From Lytechinus pictus (lineage: Eukaryota), in the NCBI RefSeq assembly GCF_037042905.1, contig NC_087245.1, positions 37,946,001 to 38,006,000 of the forward strand: a stretch of DNA of 60,000 nucleotides, given 5' to 3'. The notes under the pieces are model-generated. The model searched no databases and was not told the DNA's origin. It worked only from the letters and a program-made list of their open reading frames with translations. A program made the translations under genes and the position numbers. Numbering within the stretch: position 1 is the first letter of the stretch; every line of letters begins with the position of its first letter. Shown piece by piece: positions 1-14,050 of this stretch.

Positions 1-237
1 TCAAGTTTGGTTCCTTTTTGTCATATTTGTGCAAAATGAAATATCGTAAAATTAAAACAAAAACGTAGTGAGTGAAGGTCATTATCGATTGTCTCATGTC
101 ACTGAGTTGTGCATATCACTGTTTTGTGAAAAGTAAGCGAAACTTTAAAATGTCATATAACTTTTTTATTTTACATCTGATTTTGATGCTAATTTGATTT
201 TTCTCCATTCAACATTTTCGGGGGGTGGACGTGACCT
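1..237. mobile_element. TTAA-flanked (T2/Kolobok-like) MITE, family A, right part
   Basis: Ends GGTGGACGTGACCT-TTAA and is similar to the right half of 16314-16895. Confidence 0.7.
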
Positions 238-3200
238 TTAAAAGGAGACCATATAAGTGAATGTGATGTGATTAATCATTTTTTTATGTAGGATAGTTCG
301 ATTTTGGGTAAGATAAGTATTGCTATTATTTCGTCATATTTTTCAATCGTTTTTTTTTAATGAGTTTGCTCTTAGATTATAAACCTAAACACCAATGGCG
401 TATTGAAGGGGGGGGGGGGGGGGAGACAACGAAAGAAAAAGTAGTTAGTTTTTGTAAATTATGTTAAAATATTATGTCACAAAATATATCTTTTATTTTG
501 AAATGGTAACGAATTTTGCTTGCTCACGAATATTTATAATTTGTTTTGCCCGTACAATTGTTCAGCCCACTCATTTTTTGTACTCAATATAAAATAATTG
601 AAGAGGAGAAAAATATATATCATTAGGGCACTGGCGGATCCAGGGGGGGGGGGGGGGCAAACCGACCCGTGCCCCCTTTTGAGAGGTACAATTACAAAAT
701 ATTAATGTAAAATGCCGTTAAAACAAAAGTGTGCCCCCCCCCCCCTCCGCTTGTTAAAGCGAAGACCTTTATTATTTTGTTTATTTGCTTGTCAATTTTT
801 TCCTCGGGAAAAATATGCCCCCCCCCCTTTGGAAAATCCTGGATCCCCCTTCATTAGGGGTATCGGAAAACGGCGGGAAGGGAATGGATTCGAAAGTACT
901 GGGACACCAACAGTCCTACTAGAAAAAAAGGAAGAGATTCCTATAAATTTAGTTGTTATCTAAGTTGCCTCATGTATGAAGCAACTTACCCCTTTTGGTC
1001 AAAATACATGCACAAATGTGTGAAAATATATTTTCTTGCATCAGAAAGTCAGTATAAAGTCCAATCAAAGAATGCACCAATAAGTCATAAAATATCAGTT
1101 CTTGTTATGGGCGGGGGAGGGGGGTTATACTCTGGCCAGTGGCATTATGAGTAAACAAAAGTGAGCGGCGGACGGGTAAAAACGTCTAAACAGTGGCGAA
1201 TCTAGCAATTATTCAAAAAAGTATTTTTCTTGTGACAGATATTTAATATTTGAAATAAAAATCTGATTTCACCCCCTTGTCCTATCTTTTTTTCTACCCC
1301 CCCCCCCTTCCATCAGTCGTGGATGGAACTTGTTTGCAGGGGTCGGGGTGGCTAAAGCTATCAGCCCCTAAGTTCCCTATATCTGTAGGCCATGACTATA
1401 TATGGCACCCTTCCCCTAAATTTTGATGTTTGAAGCCATGGGCGAACCATCTACCCCTGATGGACCAGCGCCGTCTGAAATAAAATGATGTCTCCTTTTG
1501 TCAGAAATACAAACATGTTCTTATCATTCACCTAGCTCGTAGCAATCACTTTCCACCTTTTTACATAGAGCTAATAGACCTTTTTATATGGTTAGGATTT
1601 GGACCAATGTCGGAATCCTTTACTCACTTTTCCCTGCCAATTTCTATTCGTAGCTTGAGATATTGGTACACATGCAATATTTAATAAGAGTAGACAAATT
1701 GTCACTCTGGGTTCTTCCTTATTCTTTACATCTACCCCTCCCCCCCACACACACACACCCTCACACAAACCCATATACACACAATGAGTGATTTCTAGTT
1801 CAGTGTTGACCTATTGATGCTTGTGTTAAGTCTATTTTTACAAGAGTATAACACCAAACATAAAATAAATGAAGATGGTCCTGAAAAGTCACTCACTAGT
1901 TGTTCAGGTGTCAATAATGTGATGTGGATCAGTTTTACAAACTCAGAATAGGTTTTGGAGCTAGGGGAAGCAATCCAAATTCCAACATCAACACCGAAAC
2001 CACCCATTGTGATTAGCCAGATTTTTCTATACATTTTCTGGGATCCGTCAATACCTAACAAAATGTGAACCCATGGCTGGGTTGCTTGGATTACTTTTTT
2101 TCCACGATTTTTTTATTTATCACAAAATGTTGTTTCTTGGTTTGCCAACGTACCAGTGCATTGCAAACTAGGGCGTGGGGAGTAGGAGTAAATAGCCCTA
2201 AATTGGTGAATGTAGAGAGTTTTTAGATGCAATGGTCGGGGAGGGTTGGTTTGTTTTTTGCTTGTCAGATTATCGTGGAAGGTTGATGCCGACTGCTTGA
2301 TTTTCTTCGAGAAAATGTTGATGAGAAACAATTTTTTGACAGAGGGAATTCCCTCAAACAGATACACGCGACACCACATTATTTTTTCCCAAAATACATG
2401 TAATGAGAAATCCTTAGTTTTATAAATCAGATGAAAAAAAAAAAAACCAACATCAATAGTTATGTAAACTTGACAGTGTTTCATTTATTACATTCAGGAT
2501 TGGACAGTACTTGGTTCACATCAATGTTCCATTCTATGCGTATACTCATACTGTAGATACATACAATGCGTCCCAGGAAAAGTAAACTCGGAATTTTTGC
2601 GTTCTTAATCACAAATTATATGATTAAAGGCATTGACTAACTTTGTGAGCTGGCTGATTACAATTATTTTAATCGAGATAAAACAGGAATGAGTAGGGGA
2701 GATTGGAGTTACATGGAACATTTTTGAAAAAAATGGCTGTAAAATCCAAATAGATTTTATTTAAGAAACAATCAATAAATTATCAGCTTAAAGCATATAT
2801 CGAAGGGCTACAAAATTTACCCCATAAAATTCTTTAACTCTATGATGGTAACTGAAAAAAAAAATCCACCTTGAACAAGACCATTTCAAGTGTTCCAGTT
2901 TACCCCATTATTGGAACACTGCATGGTCAATTAAGAATTTTACTAAAACTACTTACAACTACTGTACAATATTACATAGTTTTAGCTTATTTGCTTATTT
3001 TTTTCAAGTTCAAAATATTAAAGGTGTGTATTCTCATTTGTTGAACTTTCTTTTTTCTATTACACATGATATAAAGCTACTCACGCAAGCAGACTGTAGT
3101 AGAATTCTGCATATTTGTGTGCATTTGATTTCACAAGCTTTAGCTATTAGTGTATCAGCAAATTCATGTACTTCTGCATCAAATTTACATGACATTAATC

Positions 3201-5089
3201 AGATATGGAGGCAGACACTGTATGATATATAAATAGTGGCTTTCATGACAAATGTAGGATGCCAAAATTTCATTACTCATTAGGTAGGGGCAAAGTTGGG
3301 GATGATTATAGAAACACACACCTTTAACTGTAATTTGAACTATCTAACTTTACCATACAATAACAATTAAAGGTCAGAACTGAATGAATGAAAAGGTAAA
3401 TTATGCTAAGAACTAATAAACATTGTTGTCAAACATAAGATACAAACAAAGTGTGGTACCATATCCCATGTATGACTTTTGTAAATAAACATGACTGAGG
3501 AGCAATTGTGGAAATGTGTTCAGTCCCTTTCGATTGAAAATATTACAAGCTCACCTTGAGTAAACAAATTGTGGCAAATACCTCACCACTGTCTAATACG
3601 GCCCAATTGGTCATTGTCTGGTCCTTGAATAGCCATAACATCATTCCCTCCTTTTTAATTTAAATTATACAGAGAACTATGTTCTAGAGGAAGGCACTAA
3701 TCCTCAATGGTGCGTCATTACATAACAATTGGTCAAAGTGAATTTCACGAATAGATTTGACCATGATGCATTTTTATTACTTTTTCCATTTTGTATAATG
3801 TTTCACAACCCTCACATTGGCATGATTGGTAAAGTTGAAAGTGGAAAACTTGCCCTAAATTGTTAAAGAGTGACCAAAAATTGGCACAGAGAATAATTTC
3901 ATATAAAAATGTGTTTTATTACCCAGTACTTCTTCAAAAGAATTAAGGGTAAATTTGCTGCTCAACAATCATGCCAATGTGAGGTTTGCAAAGCATTGTA
4001 CAAAAAAAAAACAAAGATGGTCGAAATGAATGATGGTCAAAAGTCTTAGTGAACTTCACTGTGACCTATTTCACTTTGTAAATTCTCGGTACTATTTAAC
4101 CTTAAAGAAGGAAAATAATGCTGGCTATTTAGGACCACACAGTGACCAAAGGGGCCACAGTAGACAGTCACAAGATATTTGGCACAATTCTTACTCAAGG
4201 TGAGCCTTTTATATTTCCCATCAAAAGGGATTGAACACATTTCATCAAGTTCATAGACCTACAATTGCTACAAAATTCACACATTGGATAAACTGTCAAA
4301 GTAGCCAAAATTGTAACATTTTGATTATGTACTATTGGTAATATCATATTGAATTAAATAATTTGTCACTGATCATGATTGATACAACAAATCTTACAAA
4401 AATACAGAGCAACATTGGAATACTTTTGATACATGCAATTGTCATTGCTAATTGTAGGGACCAAAAGTGACCAAAATGACCACTAAATAGTCATTAAGAC
4501 TGATGTATTTGAAATCATTATATTAATCTGATTCAGACAGTTTTTGCAATATGTCCTATCTAACATAAATTGATGCTAATAATATCTCATTCCTGAATTT
4601 GTTTCCATGAATATTTACAAAATGGTCAATGTGCCTAAAATCATGAAAATGACCAAAGTGCATGGTCAAACAACCTTATGTATACTTGATGTAAAGGTTT
4701 TTATCACATTCATTAAACTCTTGATTATTGGCGTCATAGCTCACGCTGATAATGATATTAAGCAACATTTGAGCCCTTTTTAATTCAAATAATGTGAGGT
4801 CACTAGTCATTATTGAGGAAAAGGTGATCAAAATGACCACAGGGTCCAATAGTTCGGCCAATAACACTAGTTTATATGGAACCACTGCATTGATTTTCAC
4901 CCAAAAGCTTTCAACTTTTCCCTTTTAACAATAATTGATGCTAATATTAACAGAATCCTTAATTGTCTCCTCACAATGGTCGCTATAGGCTGATTTAGTA
5001 TACACATTGGGCAGGGGAAAATGTGGCCAAAATGACCAAGGTGGTCAAAATATTTTTGGGACGCTCATTTTAAATGATTAAAACACCAG

Positions 5090-6225
5090 TATTAGGTGTC
5101 ACGTCACAGCACACCCATGTAACGATTCTATTAACATTCAAAGTATTTTGGGATAAATTGAAGTATTGAACAGGTGGTATTGGTCATTTGGGGGCCAAAA
5201 AGTGGTCAAAATGACCATAATGGTGTCATTAAGTCTGACATATTTGGAATCAGCATGAAATTATACACAAGAAGGACCTATGTATCATTCCCATTTTGTA
5301 AAGGAGGAAGATAAAGCACTCTGAAGACCTCAAATTCCTGCCGATTTGCAGTTTTTATGCAAAACTGCGTGAATGGTCAGTTATGTCTTAATTACCCAAA
5401 ATGACCCTCATAAGTCAAAAGTCAAAACTAATGAAATAAATTACATGAGGTCAAAATACTTTTGAAATGTTCATTTTGAAGGATTAATACATCAATGTTA
5501 GATGTCGTAGCACACCCTTGTAACGATTCTGGTAACACTGAAGTAATTTTTGATGAACTGAACTGATGTTATTGGTAATTTGTAAGGCCGTAAGTGGCCA
5601 AAATGACCATAAGGTGTTAAATAGCGTCATTAAGACTGCTATATTTGGAATCAGCATAATATTCTATACAAGATGGACCTTTAAATACATTCCCATTGCA
5701 TAAAGAAAGAAGATAAAACACGCTGAAGACCTCAAATTCCTCAGTGCCAATAATGTGCAGTTTATTATGAAAACTGCGCGAATGGTCAGTTATGTCTAAA
5801 GTACCCCAAATGACCCTCATAGGTCAAAACTGATGGAATAAATTACATGAGGTCAAAATAATTTTGAGATGATCAACTTAAAGGATTAATACACCAACGT
5901 CAGGTGTCACAGCACACCCTTGTAACGATTCTGGTAACGTTCGAAGTATTTAGGGGTAAAATGAACTGATATTATTGGTCATTTTGAGGGCCATAAGTGG
6001 CCAAAATGACCATAAGCTATTGAATAGGGTCACTAAGACTGATACACAAGATGGACTTTTTGAATTCATTCTCATTTTATAAGGGAAGGAGATAAAACAG
6101 GCTGTAGACCTCAATTTCCTGCCTATTTGAACAGTTAATGCAAAACTGCACGAATGGTCAGTTATGTCTAAAGTACCCAAAATGACCCTCACAGGTCAAA
6201 ACTAACAAAACTAATTACATGAGGC
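5090..6225. repeat. Tandem array of ~400 bp units (about three recognisable units, older ones to the left)
   Basis: The anchor AGCACACCC(A/T)TGTAACGATTCT recurs near 5108, 5508 and 5910. ORFs 5617 and 5950 share MRVI.GTLDITDHS.SF. Confidence 0.85.
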
Positions 6226-8291
6226 TGATTGTTATGATCCAGCGCACATTTTGATGATAAATGTGGATTTCTAAAGACATCCAATGGTAGCTCTGATCAA
6301 TATTTGTAACACATTTTGGACCAAAAAATCATGAAAATTGTCATTTTTGGCCAAAACATGGCCAAAATGACCACTTCTATTGTGATTTGGCAAATTAAAC
6401 CACTTTATCTTGAATTTGGATGCATTTTTACTTAAGATAGACCCTTTTAATTGCATGTGGCTACAAAAGCATTCTGTTAAAAGACCATTTTCCAAAGAGT
6501 GGTAAAAAATTGACCAAAATGGCGTGAGTACGGTCAATAAGAGTGACCTTTTTGGAATCAGCGCACAATTTTACCCCGGCTAAGCTTGTCAAACCTTCCC
6601 CACCAAAAATTCTGAATAAAGCCCTCTATCTCCTAGACTATTAGGCTTAGGCACAGCTGGTGAATGCCCCCCCCCCCTTGAGAGGCCCAATTAAAATGAG
6701 TAAAGTCAATATGCCGTTAAAACACAAGTGTGCCCCCCCCCCCCTCCTAAATGTTAGGATCTTTTTTATTCTTGTCAAATTTTTTTGTAGATGAAATGTC
6801 CTTAATTTTTTTTGCTTGTCAACTTTTTAATCCTGGATCCACACCTGTACACACCCAAAACAACATTTTGAAGATATGAGTTTGAATAAGAGAACTTCAT
6901 TGAATTATCTTCATGTTCAATGTTCTTTTTGTGTTTTTTTTAGGCTGTATGTGAAAAGAGCATATCTTACAAATCTACTCCCTCTATACAAAATCCACAT
7001 CTTTTCTTTTTCTTCTGATTTTTTAAATAATTTAATTATCATTAATTACCAAGACGAAACAGTGACAAATAATGATAAATCCCTTCATAAGACCTTGGGA
7101 ACATGAACATTGACAGCATACTATTTTGATAGAAGGAAAGTCAGATGCAATCATCCGGATCTCATGAGGTCAAAGAAGACAAATCCTCCAGATTCCATTG
7201 AAAATTCTGCAAAGATAAAAAGAAATATGAAATCATGATGAATATTAAGTAATAAACTTGAAAATTTACTCACATAAGGGGAATTCATCCCTGTAAACAA
7301 ATTTGTTTTAATATTTTATAATATTTTGGTCTTCAAGAAATGTAGGTCATATCAGATCAGTTCACTTTTCACCTCACAGACACAGAAGATGCCAAGCAAA
7401 TAACAAAGAATGTGAAATAAGGACAGTACAAGGGGAAGACTGGACAGTTAATATAGCGCGTAATGAATTGCTTGAGAAGAGCGCCCTACATCGTTGAGTA
7501 GGTAGACTGAAATATACAGTCGCACATTGCTATTTTGGGTTGAGAAATGGTGTGGGGGGGGGGGTGAAGCAATAGATGATTTATAGCCTATATTTAATTT
7601 TTATTCCCAAAATTAGAGATCTTACTTCCTTACAGGTTTCTGGGAAAAAAGGAGGAATTATCAATGCGGCTCGAGAGAAATGACTTGGAAAAGCTAAAAT
7701 ATTTTGCCAACGCGACAAGAAAGAATCGGCCGTAAAATTAGTGAAGAAAGCTATACTTTAAAACACTAACGTTAATGATACTAACATCGTTAGTAATGTT
7801 AGTAAAGGAACGTTATCTTTAAAGTTAGACCAAAAGCTTCGGTCTGTTATGTTGGTTGTTCCGCTGAACTCCATTGGCTCCACTCGCCAAAATACAGAGA
7901 CCGAAGTTCTAACTCGATCTGTACAGGGAATCAATGGCCATATGTTTATGTATTAAGTTCGGAAAACCAGGAAGTGGGAGTTGCGTGACTGCCGAAGTAA
8001 GTCACTGTTTTTTCCCCCTTTCAAGTTAATTTTTTCCTGTTTTGGTGCGTTTCGATCAGGCCAAAACGGAATGATAAGCTCTATTTTGGACAAGTTCTTA
8101 TATATTTTTATGAAATAAAGACAAAAATCAACGAGCCCTGACGGGGGGATTTTGCATTGTTAACACCCTAATGGTGGCTGCACAATAGTCAATAGCGAGC
8201 CGTCTGTGTACGAAGAGAAATTCAAAAAAATGTTAAAAAACTCCTCGAAACAGACGGCTGCCAGCTGTCGATCTACGTTAAACCATGTTAA

Positions 8292-8912
8292 TAGGGAGTT
8301 CGGTGACTTTTTGAAATCTTGAAGAATCCCAACAAATCTTATATCATTGGAAAGCTTGTGAAATAAGAAAAATAATGGTGCTTCATTCAACTCATTGTCT
8401 GATATGGAGATATTCTAATTTACAGGGGAAAATATGAAGATTTTGTTCTGTCAAAAAAAAATATTAAAGGCTTGTTTGAGTGGGGGAGACAGTTGCTTTT
8501 TGAAATCTTGAAGGAATCCCATCAAATTTGGTACCATTGGAAAGCTTGTGAAATAAGAAAAAGAATGGTGCATAAATCAACTCGTGATGTCAAATATTGA
8601 CAGAGATATTTCTGTTTAAACGGGAGAATGTGCAGATTTTTTTTACAGCAAAAAGTAGATTTTCATAACTTACACAAAATGCAATGAATGGGACTGTGCA
8701 ATACTTTTTTTAAAAGTGCAATGCGCTGCTATGCGGGGCAAGGCATGCCCTTGAATTATACATCATTTTAATCATAAAACTTCAATGTTTCTCATGGATA
8801 GGTTTCTATGGTTTTTCCTCCTCCTTTAATGGCTTCATATTTGTTTTATACATGGGTGCACAGACAGATAAAAATTCTGAAAGTGGCATTTTCACGTTCA
8901 CCGAACTCCCTA
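8292..8912. mobile_element. Non-autonomous DNA transposon with 15 bp TIRs
   Basis: TAGGGAGTTCGGTGA...TCACCGAACTCCCTA flanked by the direct repeat ATGTTAA. Contains an internal duplicated segment (8305-8440 vs 8495-8640). Confidence 0.75.
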
Positions 8913-9056
8913 ATGTTAACTAGTGAAATTGTCGCATTAAATTAAATCAACTTATCTAGGCCTATAACGTAGTTGTTCACCGATCTGAACATCAGCATGG
9001 TATGGAGATTCTAATCTGCTAAATTTTCGCAAATACCGTACATGCTGCGCTGCTTA

Positions 9057-9445
9057 TACCCCTTTCATAAACCCATCCTCCAATTAGCCGCCTAAGAGTA
9101 ATGCGGATTATTCAATAAAAATTGCATTCACAAACTCCCAAAATAATCCGCACCATTTTTACGAGCGCCCGTCCTGAAAAAGGTGGATAATCATCATGAC
9201 AACTGCACACGCCCCCTCCAATGCGGTTGTGTTGGAAAAGGGTGACCTTGTGACCGCACCAGGCCATGGCAATTATCCACATTATTTGAAAATGCGTTCA
9301 TAAAGTCAAAATCTGGTCCCGTTGCCGCTATTATGCGGATAATTGCAGCATCAAAATAATGCGGATAACTCTGGTCCTCCTCCGATTTTACGACCAAATT
9401 ATGCTGCTATTACTTAGCCGCATAATTGGGTTTATGAAAGGGGTA
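9057..9445. mobile_element. PIF/Harbinger-like MITE
   Basis: TIRs TACCCCTTTCATAAACCC/GGGTTTATGAAAGGGGTA with TTA/TGA flanks. Confidence 0.7.
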
Positions 9446-10749
9446 TGAGATTATAATATTAGAAAAGGTGGTCGTTAAGCACTAAATATGCCTAACTATT
9501 TTGGCATAGGAACGACCCGGCCCGGCAGCACAACTAGGCTGGCGCAAATGCCTAACTATGCCTACGGGCTACTGACAACATTAGGCTAGCTTCTATGCAA
9601 GACTGGACAGTCTCTAATTAAAGTGCCTAACTGTAGTGTACTGTAATTAACTTAGGTAGGCCTACACCAAATTAATACTAAAAGTTAGATCTAAACATCA
9701 TTTACACACCTGCGTAATAACTTCGGATGTAAGTACGGTACCGGTACCTGCTCAGTTACATCATCCCAGCATACAGTGACTGAAGACAGCCATCAGATAT
9801 AAAATTATATCCTTAGCATTGTCCATCGCAAGTGACGCCCGTCGTGTCGACAATGTCCACAGTCTCTACCAGTACCACGATCTGCCACGCGGGAAAGCGA
9901 GGCGGCGCGGCCGGCCGACCGGGCATGTATCGCTTGCGATTGCGCTAGCGACTAGGCATGCATTCGCGGGATTTCGTCGCGTCGCGATGAGCAACCAAGC
10001 GAGCTACCCACTTCGATGCTCCCATACGATCACCACCAACGGTGGGGTACACTACAGAGACATGGGTATCAGCAAATATCGAGACAGTATCCGTGAATCT
10101 ACCATGGAACTTGTGGCAACAGTGACGGTTACCGTCTATATACCTGTTACCACCATGGATACTTCTTGTAACGATCCTAGGTGTTTTACTGGATATTTTG
10201 TGGATCAGGTGACGATCCCGGGAAATACGGGACGTCTGGTCACCCTGGAAATATTTAACAAGAGGTAGTGGCCTTTTTGTGCAATTTTTGACATGTGGAA
10301 TATTTCATATATACTGACCAGGATATGCATATAATTATCTGGTATGTGAAAATAAGCGAAATTTAGTGCCACAACTTTTTAAATGGAATTACCATTGCTA
10401 TGTTTTTCTGATCTGTGCTCTAATTAGTAAACTTGTTAGAGTTGAATTTGTTTATCCATCACCCCTTCCTTTATGTAAAGGTGTATTGATGTATAAGCAC
10501 ATGTCGTGCAACATCCATGCTCTTCCAAATTAAATTTCATAAGAATTCAAATTATATTGTGCCCATTTTTATATACACTGTACTTAGTAGATATTTCATG
10601 GCTGAGCACACGAAGGTCCAACTTTGAAGGCTCATTAAAAGTAACAACCTTCTTGTCCTCAAACTTCTATCCAATTTTTCACCCTAAATGTGTGATTGAA
10701 CAGTATGAGAGGGAGGGAAGGGAATATTTACTCAAAATTTATATAGAGA

Positions 10750-11110
10750 AAGTTGAAATGAGAAAGGCAAAATGGTAAAGATGCAGCCGGAGAGAAAAAA
10801 AGAAACAGACGATCAACGAGAAGAGATGGAAAGAAGAGGAAGATCAAAGAGAGAGAGGGAGAGAAAGGGGGAAATGACGAGGAATGAGAAAGAGGTGAGG
10901 AGAGAAAGGCGAGACGAGAGGGAGATAAGAGGGCTTGATATAAGGGAGATGGGGAAATAAAAGAGAGATATAAGGGGGATATATAGAAAGGGAAGGTAAG
11001 AGAGAGAGAGATGAGAAAGAAGAGGAAAATCAGAGAGAAAGAAGCCAAAGAGAAAGGAAAAATAATAAAGAGGGAGATCGAGATGATATAAAGGGGAGAA
11101 ATAAGAGAGA
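10750..11110. repeat. AG-rich low-complexity tract
   Basis: Almost purely purine on the plus strand. Confidence 0.9.
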
Positions 11111-12053
11111 GTTGTTGTTGGGCCTTTCTTTGTCATAGTGTGCGCGTGAAAAAGGTCGAGTTTTTATGATTTCATGTCTGTATATTTACTCCCCTTTAAT
11201 ACAAAAATGTGACTAAATCAACATTTTCAGTTATGAAAGTATTCAATAACATATATTTCATGATGTAACAAAGCAAACTAAAACTTTAAACAGCACAAGG
11301 AACAGTTTCTTTGCGTTCCTTTCTCCCATCTGCCTCCACGCAGCATTTCTGTCGACTAGCCAGTATTGACCTAGCAAAATGGCGGCGCGCTCAGTCGAGC
11401 GTGAAGTCCGATGCTCTTCGTTGCCGCACGGCTTTGTGGTTACACGGGCCTAATCACTAGAGGCAGGTCATAGATATTCATTCGACCCAACCCATTGCTA
11501 TTTTTTTTATTTTGATATGGCTGATTAACAAAGTGTATGCATATGATTGTCCATCTAACACTGATTCTATTTTTGGTAATTATTGAACTTCCTTTTCCCA
11601 AATTGGGAAGAAATATCACCAATTTTGGACTATATTTTGACTGGCGGAAGGATTAGGGCTATTTTGCTGTTTGAGGTGATGAATCTGCTCCCCCCGACGG
11701 TGTCTTCAAACACGCCAATTTATTTTTAAAATGAGCCGGTCGAGGGACCCTTTTCTGGTCAGATATGGATTGCCAGATATATATCCTATCCACTGGTAGT
11801 AAACATTCGACCCCCGAATTTCACCCTTATTTTTTATGAATTTTTTAAAGTGTCAATTTAACACACGAGTCTATGGGGAATGATTTAGGCCTGTGATACC
11901 TTGTGTACGTTGGGAATAGGGACACGTATTCCACGTATCTCTAGTTCAGTGGCACTAACACAGTTACTGGCCTATACAGGAAAAATCGCTTGAGGAACCC
12001 TATGGGCCTATTATCTCTATCGCACTTGAGTCTAATTAAGACATTAGTCTTAC

Positions 12054-12212
12054 CGTAGTGAGCTTGAATACCATTAATGTCATCGGAATTAAGCTGAAAG
12101 TTAGCTTGATATCCCCTATAGTATGGATACATTAGGGCATCCTGAACATCAGAGTGTCTGAGACCAAGACTATGACCAAACTCGTGAGCTGCCACTTGGA
12201 AGAGATTGGTTC
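12054..12212 (-). CDS. MMP coding exon 5: catalytic zinc motif and Met-turn
   Basis: [32 protein letters not shown]...[11 protein letters not shown] contains HEXXHXXGXXH and the ALMYP Met-turn. CAG acceptor, GTAAG donor, 159 nt. Confidence 0.97.
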
Positions 12213-13205
12213 CTGTCAGAGAGGACGAGAAGAGACAATACTATACATAATTTATGAAGGAAATAAACAATGACATTGGTAGTTTCAAAGGCCCAGTTTA
12301 GCTCATGAAATAAGTATGAAAAATTGATTAATTTCACTTTCATTGAATTTTCAATAATAAATATATTCTGTCAAATCTGATAAACCGAAAGAACTGAAGA
12401 GGCTTATAACTTTAATTAAGTTATCTGCAGGCCTGGTTATCTGATGTAGAAACCAATGTATTTGCAATGCTCTGTATAGTTAATGCAAACAATAGCCTAT
12501 ACCAGGTGGGGGATGCATGGGGGCGGGGCTTTGGGGGCACTTGACCTCCAAAAGCTCCATGACAAAGGAAAAAATAGAAACTTTAGAAATTTCACCCATA
12601 CGAAACGTTGTTCCCCTCAGAATGTTCGGCTCATAGCCACTGACTAGACCATTCTGTTTCCAGGGTCAGTCATCCCATGATCTTTATTAAAAATCACCAG
12701 GATATGGCATTTTATATTGGCAACGACGGAAGAATCATGCCAACAGGCGCAATTAAGTGACCCGGCCTTCTCTTATGTTGAATAAAGATGTAGAGTGAAT
12801 TTAATCAATATATGTACAATAATAAATGGTGTCACACAATATCCCAGTTAAACGGTAATAAATACGGGCTCAGAGCGTCAAGTCTTGGCTGCATGGGTTC
12901 TTTTCATTTATTGTTGCTTTGGTCAAGCTTGTTCAAGTTTGTGAATTATCAAATTGGGTGACATGGGGCAAAAACTATAAATTAATAGTCAGTTGGTCGG
13001 TCAATCAGTTAATCTACCAACCAACCAATTGATCAATAAAGGAGTGCGTGGTTTTAGAGAACTTCTGGATATCTGCAGCGTCAATCAATTAATCAATCAA
13101 TCAATCAATCAATCAATATGTTAAAGTAGCGCCTTGTTTTTTTTTTAATATTTGGAGCATGCAATGCGAGCGAACCAACGATTTTGACAAATATATTCCA
13201 GTTAC

Positions 13206-13425
13206 CTCTAGATGTGCCATCTGTGTAGGTCTCGTCTTCATCAAAATGAGCATCGCCTCCAATAGGGTTGGAAGACGGGAAGTAAGCGTGTGCGAGGACA
13301 CCACTGGGCCCATCGAACCGACCATCAAACCCATCACCATGCTCACCAGCAGCGAAGAGGATCTTGATATCAGGTTCGCTCGAAGACACTTTCCGAAATG
13401 TAAGAGATGAGACATCGCTCCAAGC
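13206..13425 (-). CDS. MMP coding exon 4: structural Zn/Ca-binding part of catalytic domain
   Basis: [10 protein letters not shown]...[32 protein letters not shown]...[13 protein letters not shown] with AG and GTAAC boundaries. 220 nt, phase 0 to 1. Confidence 0.95.
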
Positions 13426-14050
13426 CTATATAAAGATAGACAAATCAATTCAACTCCGGATGATCATGACTATACAGCTACAGGCACTTCTCGCTCCACT
13501 ACGTCTAACACGGAAAATGTATTGAGAGAAAATGCCCATCACTGACTGACCAAGAACAGCTTGAAGGTCGAAGGGGCCATGAAAAAATCACAATTAGATG
13601 GTCATTTTTACGTTTTTGTACACGGTTTTGGAAAAAGTAGAGAGGATCAGGGTGACTGAAGCCCGCCCAACCCCCCGTTTCCCCGGCCCCTGAGGCCTTT
13701 GTCGAAATTTGGTGAACCGGAACAATGGTTTCGTCCTAAGTCTCGGAACTGACGTAAAACTGCAAAATACTGTATGTCGTTTGTCCAGAGCCGAGGCCAA
13801 AGACAAAACTGCTGTTTTGATTCACCAGTTTTCGACAAAGACTTCTTGGTGATTCTTTGTCATGAAGGGCGTTTGACATTTCATTTTCTCGCTTCTAGAT
13901 CCCTCCGTACGTCGCGTAGCGGAAACTCCCTAACATAGCAAGGACGACAACGACAACAGTTTTGTTTATATAAAAGTTTGACTAACTTGTTTGAAAGTTT
14001 AAACAACTTGTTAAAAAGTGCTTCAAGATTTAAAAAGCGTTTTTACCACT

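Noticed and set aside
9748..9826. Minus-strand ORF with in-frame TGA-TGT-AAC-TGA (UxxU-like), suggesting a selenoprotein
   Set aside because: No similarity to any selenoprotein family I recognise, no SECIS identified, and the continuation hits further stops. Chance TGA codons are more likely.
9819..10268. 149 aa plus-strand ORF
   Set aside because: Non-ATG start, no recognisable domain, and it spans a GC-rich island plus a hAT-like terminus (CAGGGTGACCAGACGTCCC on minus near 10230-10248).
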